A stretch of DNA of 55,035 nt from Pirellulales bacterium (GTDB taxonomy: Bacteria > Planctomycetota > Planctomycetia > Pirellulales > UBA1268), in assembly GCA_044376405.1 (NCBI GenBank), contig JBILKZ010000005.1, positions 1-55,035 of the forward strand, in the 5' to 3' direction. Under the pieces are notes generated by a model, which did not search any database, had not been told where the DNA came from, and saw nothing but the letters and a program-made list of their open reading frames with translations. Made by a program: the position numbers and the translations under genes. The stretch's first letter is position 1; each line of letters opens with the position of its first letter. Positions 17,734-27,621 of the stretch are shown here, in pieces.

Positions 17734-20526
17734 ATGCCGCCAAAAGCCAACCACAACCGCCGCGACCCGCGCACGATCCGCCACCGGCTGGTTCAGGCCG
17801 AGCGGTTGGAACCGCGGCTGGCCCTGGCCGCTGCCCCGGTGGACCCCAACGCGGGCTCCATCGTCGCCAGCCAGTTCCAGCCCTACGGCTACTCGCTGCT
17901 CGGCACGCAGCTGCTGGATGTCACGGCCGCCGGGGGCCAGTCGATCCAGCTCACCGCGCCCAACAACGTCGGCACACCTCCTGCACCACCGGCGACCTAC
18001 GAATATCCCCAGTCTCACGTGAACACGGGACAGATCATCGACAGCCAGGTGAACGTGGGCGGCTTCACGACGCTGGGCCTGCAGCTGCAGGATGCGAAGC
18101 TCACAGGAGGTGCCCTCCGCGTCGATGTGCTGGATGAGGGGATCGGAAAGCCTGCTGCCGGAGGCACTCTTCCGGTGCCCGTGGGTGGCGCGAACGTCTT
18201 ACCCGCGATGCTGCCACCGGGCTCGCCCGGCAGCCCGGCCAACTCGGGCGTCATCGCATCCAGCCAGTTCAACGACGGCGGCTTCGGCCCGATCGGCATC
18301 CAAGCCAGTGGGCTCTCGGTCGGGGGTGACCTGTCGATCGTGTCGCGAACTACACTCGGTGCGGCCGACGTGCCGGTGGCGCCGCCCGCCGTGCCCTTTG
18401 CTCCGCCGCTGCCAAGCATGAGCGTCAACACCGGCACGATCCGCGACAGCCAGTTCACGGACGGCGGATTCGGCGACACCGGGCTGCAGTTGCGGACGGT
18501 GACCGTAGGCGGTGCGATCGATGTCGGCGCGGAGAAGTTCGTCATCCAGCCGACGACCGGCAAGGGGAACCTCGGTCCGCCGACCCTTGTCGGCACGCCC
18601 ACCGCGAAGACGCGGCTGGTGACCTTCCCCAAGGCCGCCCCCGGCGCCGCCCCGCCGACCAGCATGCTCTATCCCGGCATGTTCGTCTTCGGAAAGGGCA
18701 TCCCGGCCAAGACCGTCATCCAGGCGATCGTGAACGGCCAGCGGATCATGCTCTCGAAGCTGCCGCGGGCGACGGGTCCCACACGATTCTTCTTCTCCAC
18801 CCAGAACACAGGCACGAACACCGGTTCGATCGTTTCCAGCCAGGTGGCCGACGGCGGGTTTGGCGACATCGGCTTCCAGTGGTCCAACGTGACGGTTGGC
18901 GGACGCGTGGCCACGCAGCACAGCGGCCTGCAGATTCAGCCGGGACTCGACAATGTGAGCTCGATCACGACCGGCCAGAAGCAGTTCGGCCTGATGAGCA
19001 CTCCCGGCTTCGCGTCGACGGCTCCGTCGACCGGGGCCGTCACACCCGTCGCGCCGAGTGGTGCGGCCGGGACCGGGACCGCGACCGGTTCGAGCAACGA
19101 CGCGACCAACAGCGGGCGGATCGTCGCCAGCCAGTTCGCGGACGGTGGCTTCGGCGACATCGGCTTCCAGTGGCAGTCCGTGCAGGTGAGCGGCAACGTC
19201 GAAGCGACGCACAACTCGCTCTCCATCCAGCCCGAGAACACGAACCAGGGGCTGATCACCGTCGCCAACGTCTCGTTCGCCTCGTCGCCGTCGGCGTTCA
19301 CCCCTTCACAGTCCTCCGGTGGCGGCACGCTGTCAGCAGATCCCGCCGTCGTGAACGCGGGAACGCCCGTGTCGCCAAAGCTGCCCACGCCGACGAACCC
19401 GGGCATGTCGCGATATCTTTCCAACTCGGCCACCAACAGCGGCCTGGTCAAGCTGAGCCAGTTCGCCGATGGCGGCTTCGGCGACGTCGGCCTGCAGTGG
19501 TCCAACGTGAAAGTCAACGGCGACGTGCAGGTGGTCCACAATGCGTTGTCGATCCAGCCAGAAGGATCGAGGCTCGCGGGCGTCACGGTGCAGGACGTCA
19601 CGTTCGGCTCCGCGCCGAGCCCGGCCGGCGATCCCAGGCTCAAGCCGGCGACGCTCGCCAGCCTCACGGTCGGGCCGTCCGGCTCCGCTGGCCCGCCTCC
19701 CTTCGTGCCGAATTCGGCCTACGCCCGAAAATCGAACGCCGTGAACCGGACCAACCAGCAGTATCTGAGCAGCCCGGCCGCTGCCACGTCGCTGCAGTGG
19801 AGGTCGGTCACCCGCGACGCCACCGGCCTGGTGATAGTCAACAACGTGCTCAAAGTCACCAACAACGGCACGGCTGGAAAGCAGCCCGGCGCGGTGGCGG
19901 GCAGCATCAAGCTCAGCGGCATCAGTTTCCCGGGCAGCGTGCCACCCCGCGTGCTCTCGGCAAAACCGACCGTGACCGCGAAGCCGGGACAGAGGGCGGC
20001 CTATGGCGTCACCGCCCCGCAGGCCGCCAGGATCAACGCCGCCACGAACAGCGGCACGCTCTCCAGCAATCAGTTTCTCGATGGCGGCACCGGCGACATT
20101 GGCCTGCAGTGGCGCGACGTCACGGTCAACGGCTCCGTCCGCATCGAACACAACTCCTGCTCGATCAACGTGGTTGGAGATGCAAGCGTCACTGGTCCGA
20201 TCACTGTCTCCGGAATCGTCTTCAATTCCGGATGGGCCGCGTCGGGCACAAAGAAGGACACCCTCTACCTGACACCGGCAGCCGGCCTCGGGAAGGGCAC
20301 CACCGCCACGTCGGCGGTGATCGCCGTGGGCGGCATCAACACGGCGAGCAACTCGGCAACGCTCACGGGCGGCCAGTTTCTCGACGGCGGCATGGGGCAG
20401 GTCGGCCTGCAGTGGCAGCACGTGACGATCAACTGCCCGATCCGCATCGTCAACAACGTGATTTCCGTCACCGTATCGGGCACCTACACGCGTGACGTCA
20501 CGGTCCAGGACGTGACCTTCGCTTGA
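17734..20526 (+). CDS. Large secreted repeat protein (nine SQFxDGGFGDxGxQW-type repeats; family not recognised)
   Basis: Track ORF 17590..20526 trimmed to ATG 17734 (MPPKANHNRRDPRTIRHRLVQAERLEPRLALAAAP). The protein is Gly/Thr/Ser/Pro/Val-rich. Repeat cores are at track-ORF residues 94, 152, 225, 287, 417, 514, 623, 827 and 928. Confidence 0.85.
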   Translation: MPPKANHNRRDPRTIRHRLVQAERLEPRLALAAAPVDPNAGSIVASQFQPYGYSLLGTQLLDVTAAGGQSIQLTAPNNVGTPPAPPATYEYPQSHVNTGQIIDSQVNVGGFTTLGLQLQDAKLTGGALRVDVLDEGIGKPAAGGTLPVPVGGANVLPAMLPPGSPGSPANSGVIASSQFNDGGFGPIGIQASGLSVGGDLSIVSRTTLGAADVPVAPPAVPFAPPLPSMSVNTGTIRDSQFTDGGFGDTGLQLRTVTVGGAIDVGAEKFVIQPTTGKGNLGPPTLVGTPTAKTRLVTFPKAAPGAAPPTSMLYPGMFVFGKGIPAKTVIQAIVNGQRIMLSKLPRATGPTRFFFSTQNTGTNTGSIVSSQVADGGFGDIGFQWSNVTVGGRVATQHSGLQIQPGLDNVSSITTGQKQFGLMSTPGFASTAPSTGAVTPVAPSGAAGTGTATGSSNDATNSGRIVASQFADGGFGDIGFQWQSVQVSGNVEATHNSLSIQPENTNQGLITVANVSFASSPSAFTPSQSSGGGTLSADPAVVNAGTPVSPKLPTPTNPGMSRYLSNSATNSGLVKLSQFADGGFGDVGLQWSNVKVNGDVQVVHNALSIQPEGSRLAGVTVQDVTFGSAPSPAGDPRLKPATLASLTVGPSGSAGPPPFVPNSAYARKSNAVNRTNQQYLSSPAAATSLQWRSVTRDATGLVIVNNVLKVTNNGTAGKQPGAVAGSIKLSGISFPGSVPPRVLSAKPTVTAKPGQRAAYGVTAPQAARINAATNSGTLSSNQFLDGGTGDIGLQWRDVTVNGSVRIEHNSCSINVVGDASVTGPITVSGIVFNSGWAASGTKKDTLYLTPAAGLGKGTTATSAVIAVGGINTASNSATLTGGQFLDGGMGQVGLQWQHVTINCPIRIVNNVISVTVSGTYTRDVTVQDVTFA

Positions 20527-20571
20527 CGCAACTCAGGCGTGAGAGCAGGCTTTCCCGACCCATGCCCGCCT

Positions 20572-22548
20572 CTAACCCACGATCACCGTCGGACGCCTGT
20601 CGGGATCGGCGATCGCGTCGTCGAGCAGGTCCACGACGCGGTTGGGCACGTCGCCGCGGCCGAAGAGCAGAAAGTCGAGGGCGAGATTGAGCCGGTTGCC
20701 CTTGCTCCAGCCGAACACGATGTCGAGCGGCGAGCCGTTCTTCGTCATCTCCATCGCCAACTGCGCGATCGTATGAGACACCGACACGCAGTCGTGGGCG
20801 GTGATCACGAAGAAATCCCCTTCCTGCCGCACGCCGATGATCGGGGCGTTCTCGAATTCGCTCGTGTCGCCGTAGTGCACCTCGAGGAACACGATCGGCA
20901 CGCCCTGCGGGATGCGGTGCTTGCGGCGAATCTCCGCCTCCTTCTCCGCCAGCGATCGCTGGCCGGGCCGGTGCGGCACGAGCACCTGGAACGTGCCGTC
21001 CAGGCAGATGTCGGTCCAGAGCATCCGGGCGGCGTCGTCGGCGAAGCGAAACTCCTTGAGTCGCATCTCCTCGGCCCGCCACAACCGGGAGAAAATCGAG
21101 ATCGCCAGCACGCAGCCGATGAAGATCGACGCGATGATGATGCCGTCGGGACGCTCGATCATGTTGGCGATCGTGGTGTAGATGAACACCAGACAGACCA
21201 GGAAGAAGTAGACGAGCGATGCGCGGCGGCCAAGGATGCCCCGAGCGTCGGTCGGCAGGGGCTTGTGGCTGATGTCGACGAGCGTGGCGATCGCGGCACT
21301 CGTCATGAGCACGAGCACGCCGGTGGCATAGGCGCCGCCCTGCGCCGACACGTCGGCCTTGAATGCCCAGGTGACGAGGAGGTTGATCGCCGTGAAGGCG
21401 AGCACCAACGGCCGGTAGGCCGCCGCCCATTCCGGCGCCATGCCGTAGCGCGGCAGATACCGCGGCACCATGTTGAGCAGGCCCGCCATCGCCGACGCCC
21501 CGGCGAACCAGAGGATGAGGATCGTGCTGACGTCGTAGACCGTGCCAAACACTCGGCCAAAGAGCGGGCAGATCGGATGCGGGCTCTCGCCATGGGCGAT
21601 GTAGGCCAGCGCCCGGTCCATGGCTTTGCCCTTCACCGGCTCGAGCCGGAGTTCGTCGGCCGGAATCAGCGTGTCGGTGCCGGTGACGAGCGATGAGCCG
21701 ATCAGAAACACCGACATGATCAGGGCGGCCGTGGCGAGCAGTTTCCGCGTGTTGGCGATCCGGCCAGCGGCATTGGCGTGATCGTCCTTCGTTCCCTCCA
21801 CAAGATGAATCTGGAGCACACCGGTCTCGAAGCCGCTCATGCCCAGCGCCAGCTTCGGAAACACGATGCAGGCGATGCCCAGCACCACCCACGGGCCGCT
21901 GCCGCTGATGGGCGCGTGGTGAAGATGGTAGTTGCCGGCGGAGATCTCCGAGAGCCAGTGGTGCAGGAGGGACGGGTGCGTGAGCAGATGAAAGAGCCCC
22001 GCCCCGACCACGATCGCCGTCAGTCCGAGATAGGCGACGACGAGCACGAGCGCCAGTCCCACGACCTCGCTGAAGCCCTTCAGGAACATCGCCCCGAGCA
22101 GCACGAGCAGGCTGCAGGTCACGATCATCTCGCTCTCCATGAACGCCGGAACCTGCGCAGCGTAGAAGGAATTGCTGACCAAGTGCGCCGCGGCGTCGGC
22201 CGCGGAGAGCGTTTTGGTGATCACGAAGTCGGTGGCCGCGAAGCCCACGAGCACGAGCACCACGATCTTGTTCCACCAGCCGTGGAACAGCCGCTCGATC
22301 ATGCCGATGGAGCCGACCCCGTCGGGTGTCTCCCCAGCCACGTGACGGTAGACGGGGAGCGCGCCGAAGAGCGTCACGAGCACGAGGATCAGCGTGGCGA
22401 TGGGTGCGAGCGTGCCGGCCCCCTCGAAGGCGATCGATGGCTGATAGCCCAAGGTGCTGAAGTAGTCGACGCCGCACAGGCACATGATCAGCCACCAGGC
22501 ATAGTGGTGGTCGTGATGATGATGCTGGTCGGCGGCTGGCTGGCTCAT
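20572..22548 (-). CDS. Polytopic membrane transporter-like protein (APC-superfamily-like by eye) with ~170-aa cytoplasmic C-terminal domain
   Basis: Track ORF 20572..22659 trimmed to ATG 22548 ([41 protein letters not shown]...). This start overlaps the pyrH stop in ATGA. There are at least 10 hydrophobic helices followed by a soluble tail. The family assignment is tentative. Confidence 0.8.
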   Translation of the reverse strand: MSQPAADQHHHHDHHYAWWLIMCLCGVDYFSTLGYQPSIAFEGAGTLAPIATLILVLVTLFGALPVYRHVAGETPDGVGSIGMIERLFHGWWNKIVVLVLVGFAATDFVITKTLSAADAAAHLVSNSFYAAQVPAFMESEMIVTCSLLVLLGAMFLKGFSEVVGLALVLVVAYLGLTAIVVGAGLFHLLTHPSLLHHWLSEISAGNYHLHHAPISGSGPWVVLGIACIVFPKLALGMSGFETGVLQIHLVEGTKDDHANAAGRIANTRKLLATAALIMSVFLIGSSLVTGTDTLIPADELRLEPVKGKAMDRALAYIAHGESPHPICPLFGRVFGTVYDVSTILILWFAGASAMAGLLNMVPRYLPRYGMAPEWAAAYRPLVLAFTAINLLVTWAFKADVSAQGGAYATGVLVLMTSAAIATLVDISHKPLPTDARGILGRRASLVYFFLVCLVFIYTTIANMIERPDGIIIASIFIGCVLAISIFSRLWRAEEMRLKEFRFADDAARMLWTDICLDGTFQVLVPHRPGQRSLAEKEAEIRRKHRIPQGVPIVFLEVHYGDTSEFENAPIIGVRQEGDFFVITAHDCVSVSHTIAQLAMEMTKNGSPLDIVFGWSKGNRLNLALDFLLFGRGDVPNRVVDLLDDAIADPDRRPTVIVG

Positions 22549-23276
22549 TCGCGGCGGGCCCCCACCAGCGTGCCGACGCGTTCGCCGGAGACGGCCCGCT
22601 CGATGTTGCCTTCCCGCCGGTAGTTGAAGACGAGGATCGGCATGGCATGCTCCATACACTGCGAGATCGCAGTGGCGTCCATCACCCGGAGGTTCTGCTC
22701 GAGCACCTGCTGATAGGTGAGGTCGCGATAGAGCATGGCGTGGGGATTCTTCTCCGGATCGTCGGAGTAGACGCCGTCGACGCGGGTGGCCTTCATGAGG
22801 ATGTCGGCCTCGAGTTCGAGCGCCCGCTGGGCGGCCGCCGTGTCGGTGGTCACGAACGGGCTGCCGGTGCCGGCCGCCAGAATCACGATCCTGCCCTTTT
22901 CCAGATGCCGCTTGGCACGACGGCGGATGTAGGGCTCGGCCACGCCCTCCATGCGGATGGCGGTCATCAGCCGGGTCTGCACTCCCAGGCTCTCGATGGC
23001 ATCCTGCAAAGCCAGGCCGTTAATGACGGTGGCGAGCATCCCCATCGAGTGCCCCGTGGCCTCCTGAATGCCCGTGTTGCCAGCGGTGAAGGAAGCCCCG
23101 CGGAGGATGTTGCCGCCGCCGATCACGACGGCCAGCTGCGTGCCGCGGGCCGCCGCCTGGACGGTCTGCCGGGCGATGTGGAGCACCTCCTCCATCGAGA
23201 TGCCGCGTTCACCCTGACGGGCGAAGCTCTCGCCCGAAAGTTTGAGGAGTACGCGACGGTAGAGACCGGCGTCCAT
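22545..23276 (-). CDS. pyrH: UMP kinase
   Basis: Trimmed to ATG 23276 ([18 protein letters not shown]...[11 protein letters not shown]...[13 protein letters not shown]...[12 protein letters not shown]). The longer track ORF would overlap tsf. Confidence 0.95.
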   Translation of the reverse strand: MDAGLYRRVLLKLSGESFARQGERGISMEEVLHIARQTVQAAARGTQLAVVIGGGNILRGASFTAGNTGIQEATGHSMGMLATVINGLALQDAIESLGVQTRLMTAIRMEGVAEPYIRRRAKRHLEKGRIVILAAGTGSPFVTTDTAAAQRALELEADILMKATRVDGVYSDDPEKNPHAMLYRDLTYQQVLEQNLRVMDATAISQCMEHAMPILVFNYRREGNIERAVSGERVGTLVGARRE

Positions 23277-23314
23277 GGTGGTGTTCGAAACGGACCGGGG
23301 TGTGGGTGCTGGTT

Positions 23315-24157
23315 TCAGCCGCCGATCCGCCAGTTTTCCAGTCGCTTGACCTGCAGCCCGGCCGCGCTGGCGAGTTGGCCAACCGTCTGCTTGTCGTCCT
23401 TCACGAAGGGCTGCTCGAGGAGCACGCACTGGCTGAAGAAGTTGCGGAGCCGTCCCTCGATCATCTTGGCGATGATGTTCTCGGGCTTGCCTTCCTTGCG
23501 GGCGGCATCGCTGAGAATCTCACGCTCCTTAGCGACGACCTCGGGATCGAGATCCTCCTTGGAGAGCGCCTGCGGGGCCATCGCGACGGCGTGCATCGCC
23601 ACGTCCTTGGCCACCTCGGCCGCCGTGGCGCCGCTCGTGTTGCCAGACACTTCCACGAGGGCCGCCTTCGAGCCGTCGTGATGGGCGTAGCCACCGCAGG
23701 GTGCGTCGATCCGGCAGATCCGCGACAGTTCGAACACCTCCCGCATGCGATTGAAGAGGTCGTCCTTCAGTTCGCCGAGCGTGCGGTCGGGATGGGCCAG
23801 GCTCTTTTGCGAGAGCAGGTCAGCGGGCGTCTTGGCACCCGGGCCGAGCGCGAGCGTTTTGGCGATGTCGTTCACGAAGTCCTTGAAGTCGGGGCTGCCG
23901 GCCACGGGGGCGCTCTCGCACTTCATTTCAATCATCGCGCCGACCCCCTTGGGAAGGTCGGTATAGACGGCGAGCCGTCCGGTGGATGTCTCGCGATCAG
24001 CCCGCATGGCCTGCGTCTTCACGCCCTGCTTGCGGAGCCACTCGACGGCCTCATCGGTGTTGCCGCCGCATGCCTGCAGGGCCTTTTTGCACTCCATCAT
24101 CGGCAGGCCCGTCTTGTCGCGGAGGGCCATCACGGCCGCTGCGGTGATCTCAGCCAA
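23315..24157 (-). CDS. tsf: Translation elongation factor Ts
   Basis: [45 protein letters not shown]... 280 aa. Confidence 0.95.
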   Translation of the reverse strand: MAEITAAAVMALRDKTGLPMMECKKALQACGGNTDEAVEWLRKQGVKTQAMRADRETSTGRLAVYTDLPKGVGAMIEMKCESAPVAGSPDFKDFVNDIAKTLALGPGAKTPADLLSQKSLAHPDRTLGELKDDLFNRMREVFELSRICRIDAPCGGYAHHDGSKAALVEVSGNTSGATAAEVAKDVAMHAVAMAPQALSKEDLDPEVVAKEREILSDAARKEGKPENIIAKMIEGRLRNFFSQCVLLEQPFVKDDKQTVGQLASAAGLQVKRLENWRIGG

Positions 24158-24323
24158 GGTCTATCTCCTTTATGAATCTGCGGTTGTCTGAAGACTGGAT
24201 GTTTCGAGTGAGTGCCGTGCATCGACGGCGCCGATGCCGACCACGTAGGAACGGCACCGCGAGGCATCAACCGGACCCGAACCAAGACCATTGCCCACGG
24301 CATCCGTGTGCTGGCCACTCAGA

Positions 24324-25142
24324 TCAGGTCTTGGGGGGCTTTGGCACGGCCCGCTTCACGTTCGCCCTGGCCTTCGGAGCCGCCTTGGAGGCCTTGCCGT
24401 CCTCGCCGGCCGCACCACCGACCTCCGCGCCCTCGGCCTGAGCCTGCGACGTGGCCGCTGTCTGAGCCTTGCCTTCGAGGATCGCGTCTGCCAGCCGGGC
24501 GGCGACCAATTCGATCGAACGGATCGAGTCGTCGTTGCCCGGAATCGGCAGATCGATGACGTCGGGATCGCAGTCGGTGTCGATCAGCGCCACCGTCGTG
24601 ATGCCCATCTTCCGAGCCTCGTTGACGGCGTTCTTTTCCTTCTTGGGATCAAACACCACGAGGCATTCCGGCAGCCGCGACAGCGTGCGGATACCGCCGA
24701 GGTTGCGGAGCATCTTGCGGTGCTCGCGGCGGAGCGACGACTGCATCTTCTTGGAGTAACCGCCGAATGCCTCCGAGGGGATCAGCACATCGAGTTCCTC
24801 GAGACGTGTCAGCCGATTCCGAATGGTACGGAAGTTGGTGAGGGTGCCGCCGAGCCAGCGATCGCTGACATACGGCATGCCACACCGCGCGGCCTCGCGA
24901 GCCACGGCCTCGGCCCCCTGTCGCTTGGTGCCCACAAAGAGCACGAGCACTCCGGAAGACGCCACTTGCTTGAGATACTTCCGCGCCCGCAGCAGGCCGC
25001 GGATCGTCTCGCGGACGTCGATAATGTGGATGAGGTTGCGGCGGCCGTGGATGTAGGGCCGCATCTTGGGATTCCAGCGGCTCGCCCGGTGGCCGAAGTG
25101 AACACCCGCTTCAATCAACTCTTGCGCCAAAACGTTCGACAC
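24324..25142 (-). CDS. rpsB: 30S ribosomal protein S2
   Basis: [36 protein letters not shown]...[13 protein letters not shown]... with an Ala/Lys-rich C-terminal tail. Confidence 0.95.
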   Translation of the reverse strand: MSNVLAQELIEAGVHFGHRASRWNPKMRPYIHGRRNLIHIIDVRETIRGLLRARKYLKQVASSGVLVLFVGTKRQGAEAVAREAARCGMPYVSDRWLGGTLTNFRTIRNRLTRLEELDVLIPSEAFGGYSKKMQSSLRREHRKMLRNLGGIRTLSRLPECLVVFDPKKEKNAVNEARKMGITTVALIDTDCDPDVIDLPIPGNDDSIRSIELVAARLADAILEGKAQTAATSQAQAEGAEVGGAAGEDGKASKAAPKARANVKRAVPKPPKT

Positions 25143-25450
25143 GCTCTCGTACTCTCGCTAAGGGGAATGGGACGGGGTGAAATGGAACAGGTCGCACTTG
25201 GCGGGGCCCATGGCCACGCAGCCGAGCACCGCAAACTATCGGCTTTTTCGGCCCCGTGTCAACGCACACGCGGCATCCCCGGGCGCCGCCGCGAACCTGG
25301 GGCCGCCTGCCGGCCCCGGTCCGCAGCCATGGCTTGAATCCGTCCATCCGCCCACACTAGACTCCCGATCGCGGCTTTTTCCGCGTTTCCAGCCCACTTC
25401 GACCCATTCCCTCCCCTCATAGAACCCGGCAGTCCCTGCCGGAAGCACCC

Positions 25451-26008
25451 ATGCGTCACGTCCTCTCGGCTACGGTCCAGAACGTCCCGGGGGTGCTGGC
25501 GCACGTGTCGGGCATGCTCGCCTCCCGCGGCTACAACATCGACAGCCTGGCCGTCGGCGAGACCGAGGATCGGGGATTTTCGCGGATGACCTTCGTGCTG
25601 CGGGGCGATGACCGCGTGCTCGACCAGGTCTGCCGGCAGTTGGAAAAGATCGTCACGGTGGTCCGCGTCGACGATATCAGCTCTCGCAACTACGTCGAAC
25701 GTGACCTCATGCTGCTGAAGGTGGCCGCTCCGGTCGGCCCGGCCCGGTCGCAGGTAAAGGAACTTGCCGAGATCTTCCGCGGCCGGATCGTGGATGTGGC
25801 GGCCGATAGCGTGATCGTCGAGATCTCGGGCACCGAAAAAAAGATCGAGGGCTTCATCGAACTGATGCGGCCACTGGGCATCCTGGAACTGGTCCGCACG
25901 GGTCGGATCGCGATGGTGCGGGGAAGCCCCCCGACCCGCGAGCTGACCGAGGCCGCCGACGGCGCCCGACCGGCCGACGCGAGCCCCGAACGCGATTCCC
26001 TGGCTTAA
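25451..26008 (+). CDS. ilvN: Acetolactate synthase small (regulatory) subunit
   Basis: MRHVLSATVQNVPGVLAHVSGMLASRGYNIDSLAVGETEDRGFSRMTFVL... (ACT domain), 185 aa. Confidence 0.9.
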   Translation: MRHVLSATVQNVPGVLAHVSGMLASRGYNIDSLAVGETEDRGFSRMTFVLRGDDRVLDQVCRQLEKIVTVVRVDDISSRNYVERDLMLLKVAAPVGPARSQVKELAEIFRGRIVDVAADSVIVEISGTEKKIEGFIELMRPLGILELVRTGRIAMVRGSPPTRELTEAADGARPADASPERDSLA

Positions 26009-26079
26009 AGACAAACTTCTGCCGTCCCGGTGGCGCCAGACAACCGACTTTGTTTCATCATCTCAACCTGGAGTGAACT

Positions 26080-27084
26080 GTGGCTGCAACGATTTATTAC
26101 GACGCTGATGCTGACCTGAAGGCCCTCGCCGGCAAGACCATCGCCATCATCGGCTATGGCAGTCAGGGCCATGCCCAGGCCCAGAACCTCAAAGACAGCG
26201 GTCTCAAGGTCGTGGTGGCCCAGCGTCCGGGCGGCCCCAACTACGAGCTCGCCAAGAGCCACGGCTTCGAGCCGATGAGCGTGGAAGACGCCGTCAAGCA
26301 GGCCGACCTTGTCAACATCCTCCTGCCCGACGAACTGCAGGGCGACGTCTACCGCACCTCGATCAAGCCGAACCTGAAGAAGGGCGCCATTCTGATGGCC
26401 AGCCACGGCTTCAACTTCCACTTCGGCCAGGTCGAGCCGCCGCCGGGCCACGACATCATGCTGGTGGCCCCGAAGGGCCCCGGCCATCTGGTCCGCAGCG
26501 AATACGTGAAGGGGGGCGGCGTGCCCTGCCTGATCGCGCTGGGCCCCAACGCCTCGGCGGAAACCAAGAAGATCGGCCTCGCCTACGCCAAGGGCATCGG
26601 CGGCACGCGGGGCGGCGTGATCGAGACGACGATTGCCGAGGAGACCGAGACCGACCTGTTCGGCGAGCAGGCCGTGCTCTGCGGCGGCGTCTCGGAGCTG
26701 ATCAAGGCCGGCTTTGACACGCTCGTCGAGGCGGGCTACCAGCCGGAGATGGCCTATTTCGAGTGCCTCCATGAGATGAAGCTGATCGTCGATCTCTTCT
26801 ATCAGGGTGGCCTTGAATACATGCGATACAGCGTGTCGAACACGGCCGAATACGGCGACTACACGCGTGGCAAGCGGATCATCACGGAAGAGACCCGCAA
26901 GGAGATGAAGAAGATCCTCGAAGAGATCCGCTCGGGCGAATTTGCCCGCGACTGGATCCTCGAAAACCGTGGCGGCGCGGCGATGTTCAAGAGCACGCGG
27001 CGGCGTGAGCGGGAGCATAAGCTCACAGAGACCGGCCGTGGTCTCCGCAAGATGATGAAGTGGATCGACAGCAAGGAAGTGTGA
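26080..27084 (+). CDS. ilvC: Ketol-acid reductoisomerase
   Basis: GTG start. [21 protein letters not shown]...[21 protein letters not shown]...[17 protein letters not shown]. 334 aa. Confidence 0.95.
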   Translation: MAATIYYDADADLKALAGKTIAIIGYGSQGHAQAQNLKDSGLKVVVAQRPGGPNYELAKSHGFEPMSVEDAVKQADLVNILLPDELQGDVYRTSIKPNLKKGAILMASHGFNFHFGQVEPPPGHDIMLVAPKGPGHLVRSEYVKGGGVPCLIALGPNASAETKKIGLAYAKGIGGTRGGVIETTIAEETETDLFGEQAVLCGGVSELIKAGFDTLVEAGYQPEMAYFECLHEMKLIVDLFYQGGLEYMRYSVSNTAEYGDYTRGKRIITEETRKEMKKILEEIRSGEFARDWILENRGGAAMFKSTRRREREHKLTETGRGLRKMMKWIDSKEV

Positions 27085-27088
27085 TCGC

Positions 27089-27364
27089 ATGACGCCCGAG
27101 GAATACCAGTCGCGAACGCTTTACGAGCAGCTCCAGCCGGGCGACCGTGTGGAGGTGATCCACGGTGTCACGGTGGGGTCGAGTGCCAAGTGGAGCACCA
27201 CCACGGTGGGGCAGGTGCTTCGTCGGGAGCGGCGGCGGCACGGGCTGCACTTCCGCCGCAATCCCGACGACAAGGTGTACAGCGACGTGCTGATCCTCTC
27301 CCGCGACGACGGCGAACTCACCACCGTGACGATGGACGAGTTCACGAGATTGCGGAAGCTGTAG
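27089..27364 (+). CDS. Small conserved-looking hypothetical protein (91 aa)
   Basis: The ATG lies 5 nt after the ilvC stop. Third-position GC is high like the neighbouring genes. No family recognised. The last 27 nt belong to the tandem repeat at 27338-27621. Confidence 0.6.
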   Translation: MTPEEYQSRTLYEQLQPGDRVEVIHGVTVGSSAKWSTTTVGQVLRRERRRHGLHFRRNPDDKVYSDVLILSRDDGELTTVTMDEFTRLRKL

Positions 27365-27621
27365 TCACGGCATAGGGCCGGAGGCCCGGGTCAGCACCAG
27401 CGGGCGGAGGCCCGCCAAGGAAAAACGGACACGATGTCCGTGTTTTCCGTGAAAATCCCGAGTTCACGAGATTGCGGAAGCTGTAGTCACGGCACAGGGC
27501 CGGAGGCCCGGGTCAGCACCAGCGGGCGGAGGCCCGCCAAGGAAACGTGAACAGGATGTTCAGCGGTTCCGTGAAACATCCCGAGTTCACACGGCTGCTG
27601 AAGCTGTAGTCACGGCACAGG
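27338..27621. repeat. Tandem 122/123-bp duplication (2 full copies + 39-nt third copy) spanning the abutting 3' ends of two convergent genes
   Basis: Copies start at 27338, 27460 and 27583. Each begins GAGTTCAC...GCTGTAG|TCACGGCA(C/T)AGG, which is the stop of the + gene directly abutting the stop of the - gene. Copies 1 and 2 continue with GCCGGAGGCCCGGGTCAGCACCAGCGGGCGGAGGCCCGCCAAGG plus a long hairpin. Confidence 0.9.
27419..27448 (+). terminator. Candidate bidirectional intrinsic-terminator hairpin inside repeat copy 1
   Basis: GGAAAAACGGACA-CGA-TGTCCGTGTTTTCC forms a ~13-bp stem with one bulge. It is flanked by A-run and T-run, about 55 nt after the stop of the 91-aa ORF. Confidence 0.35.
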
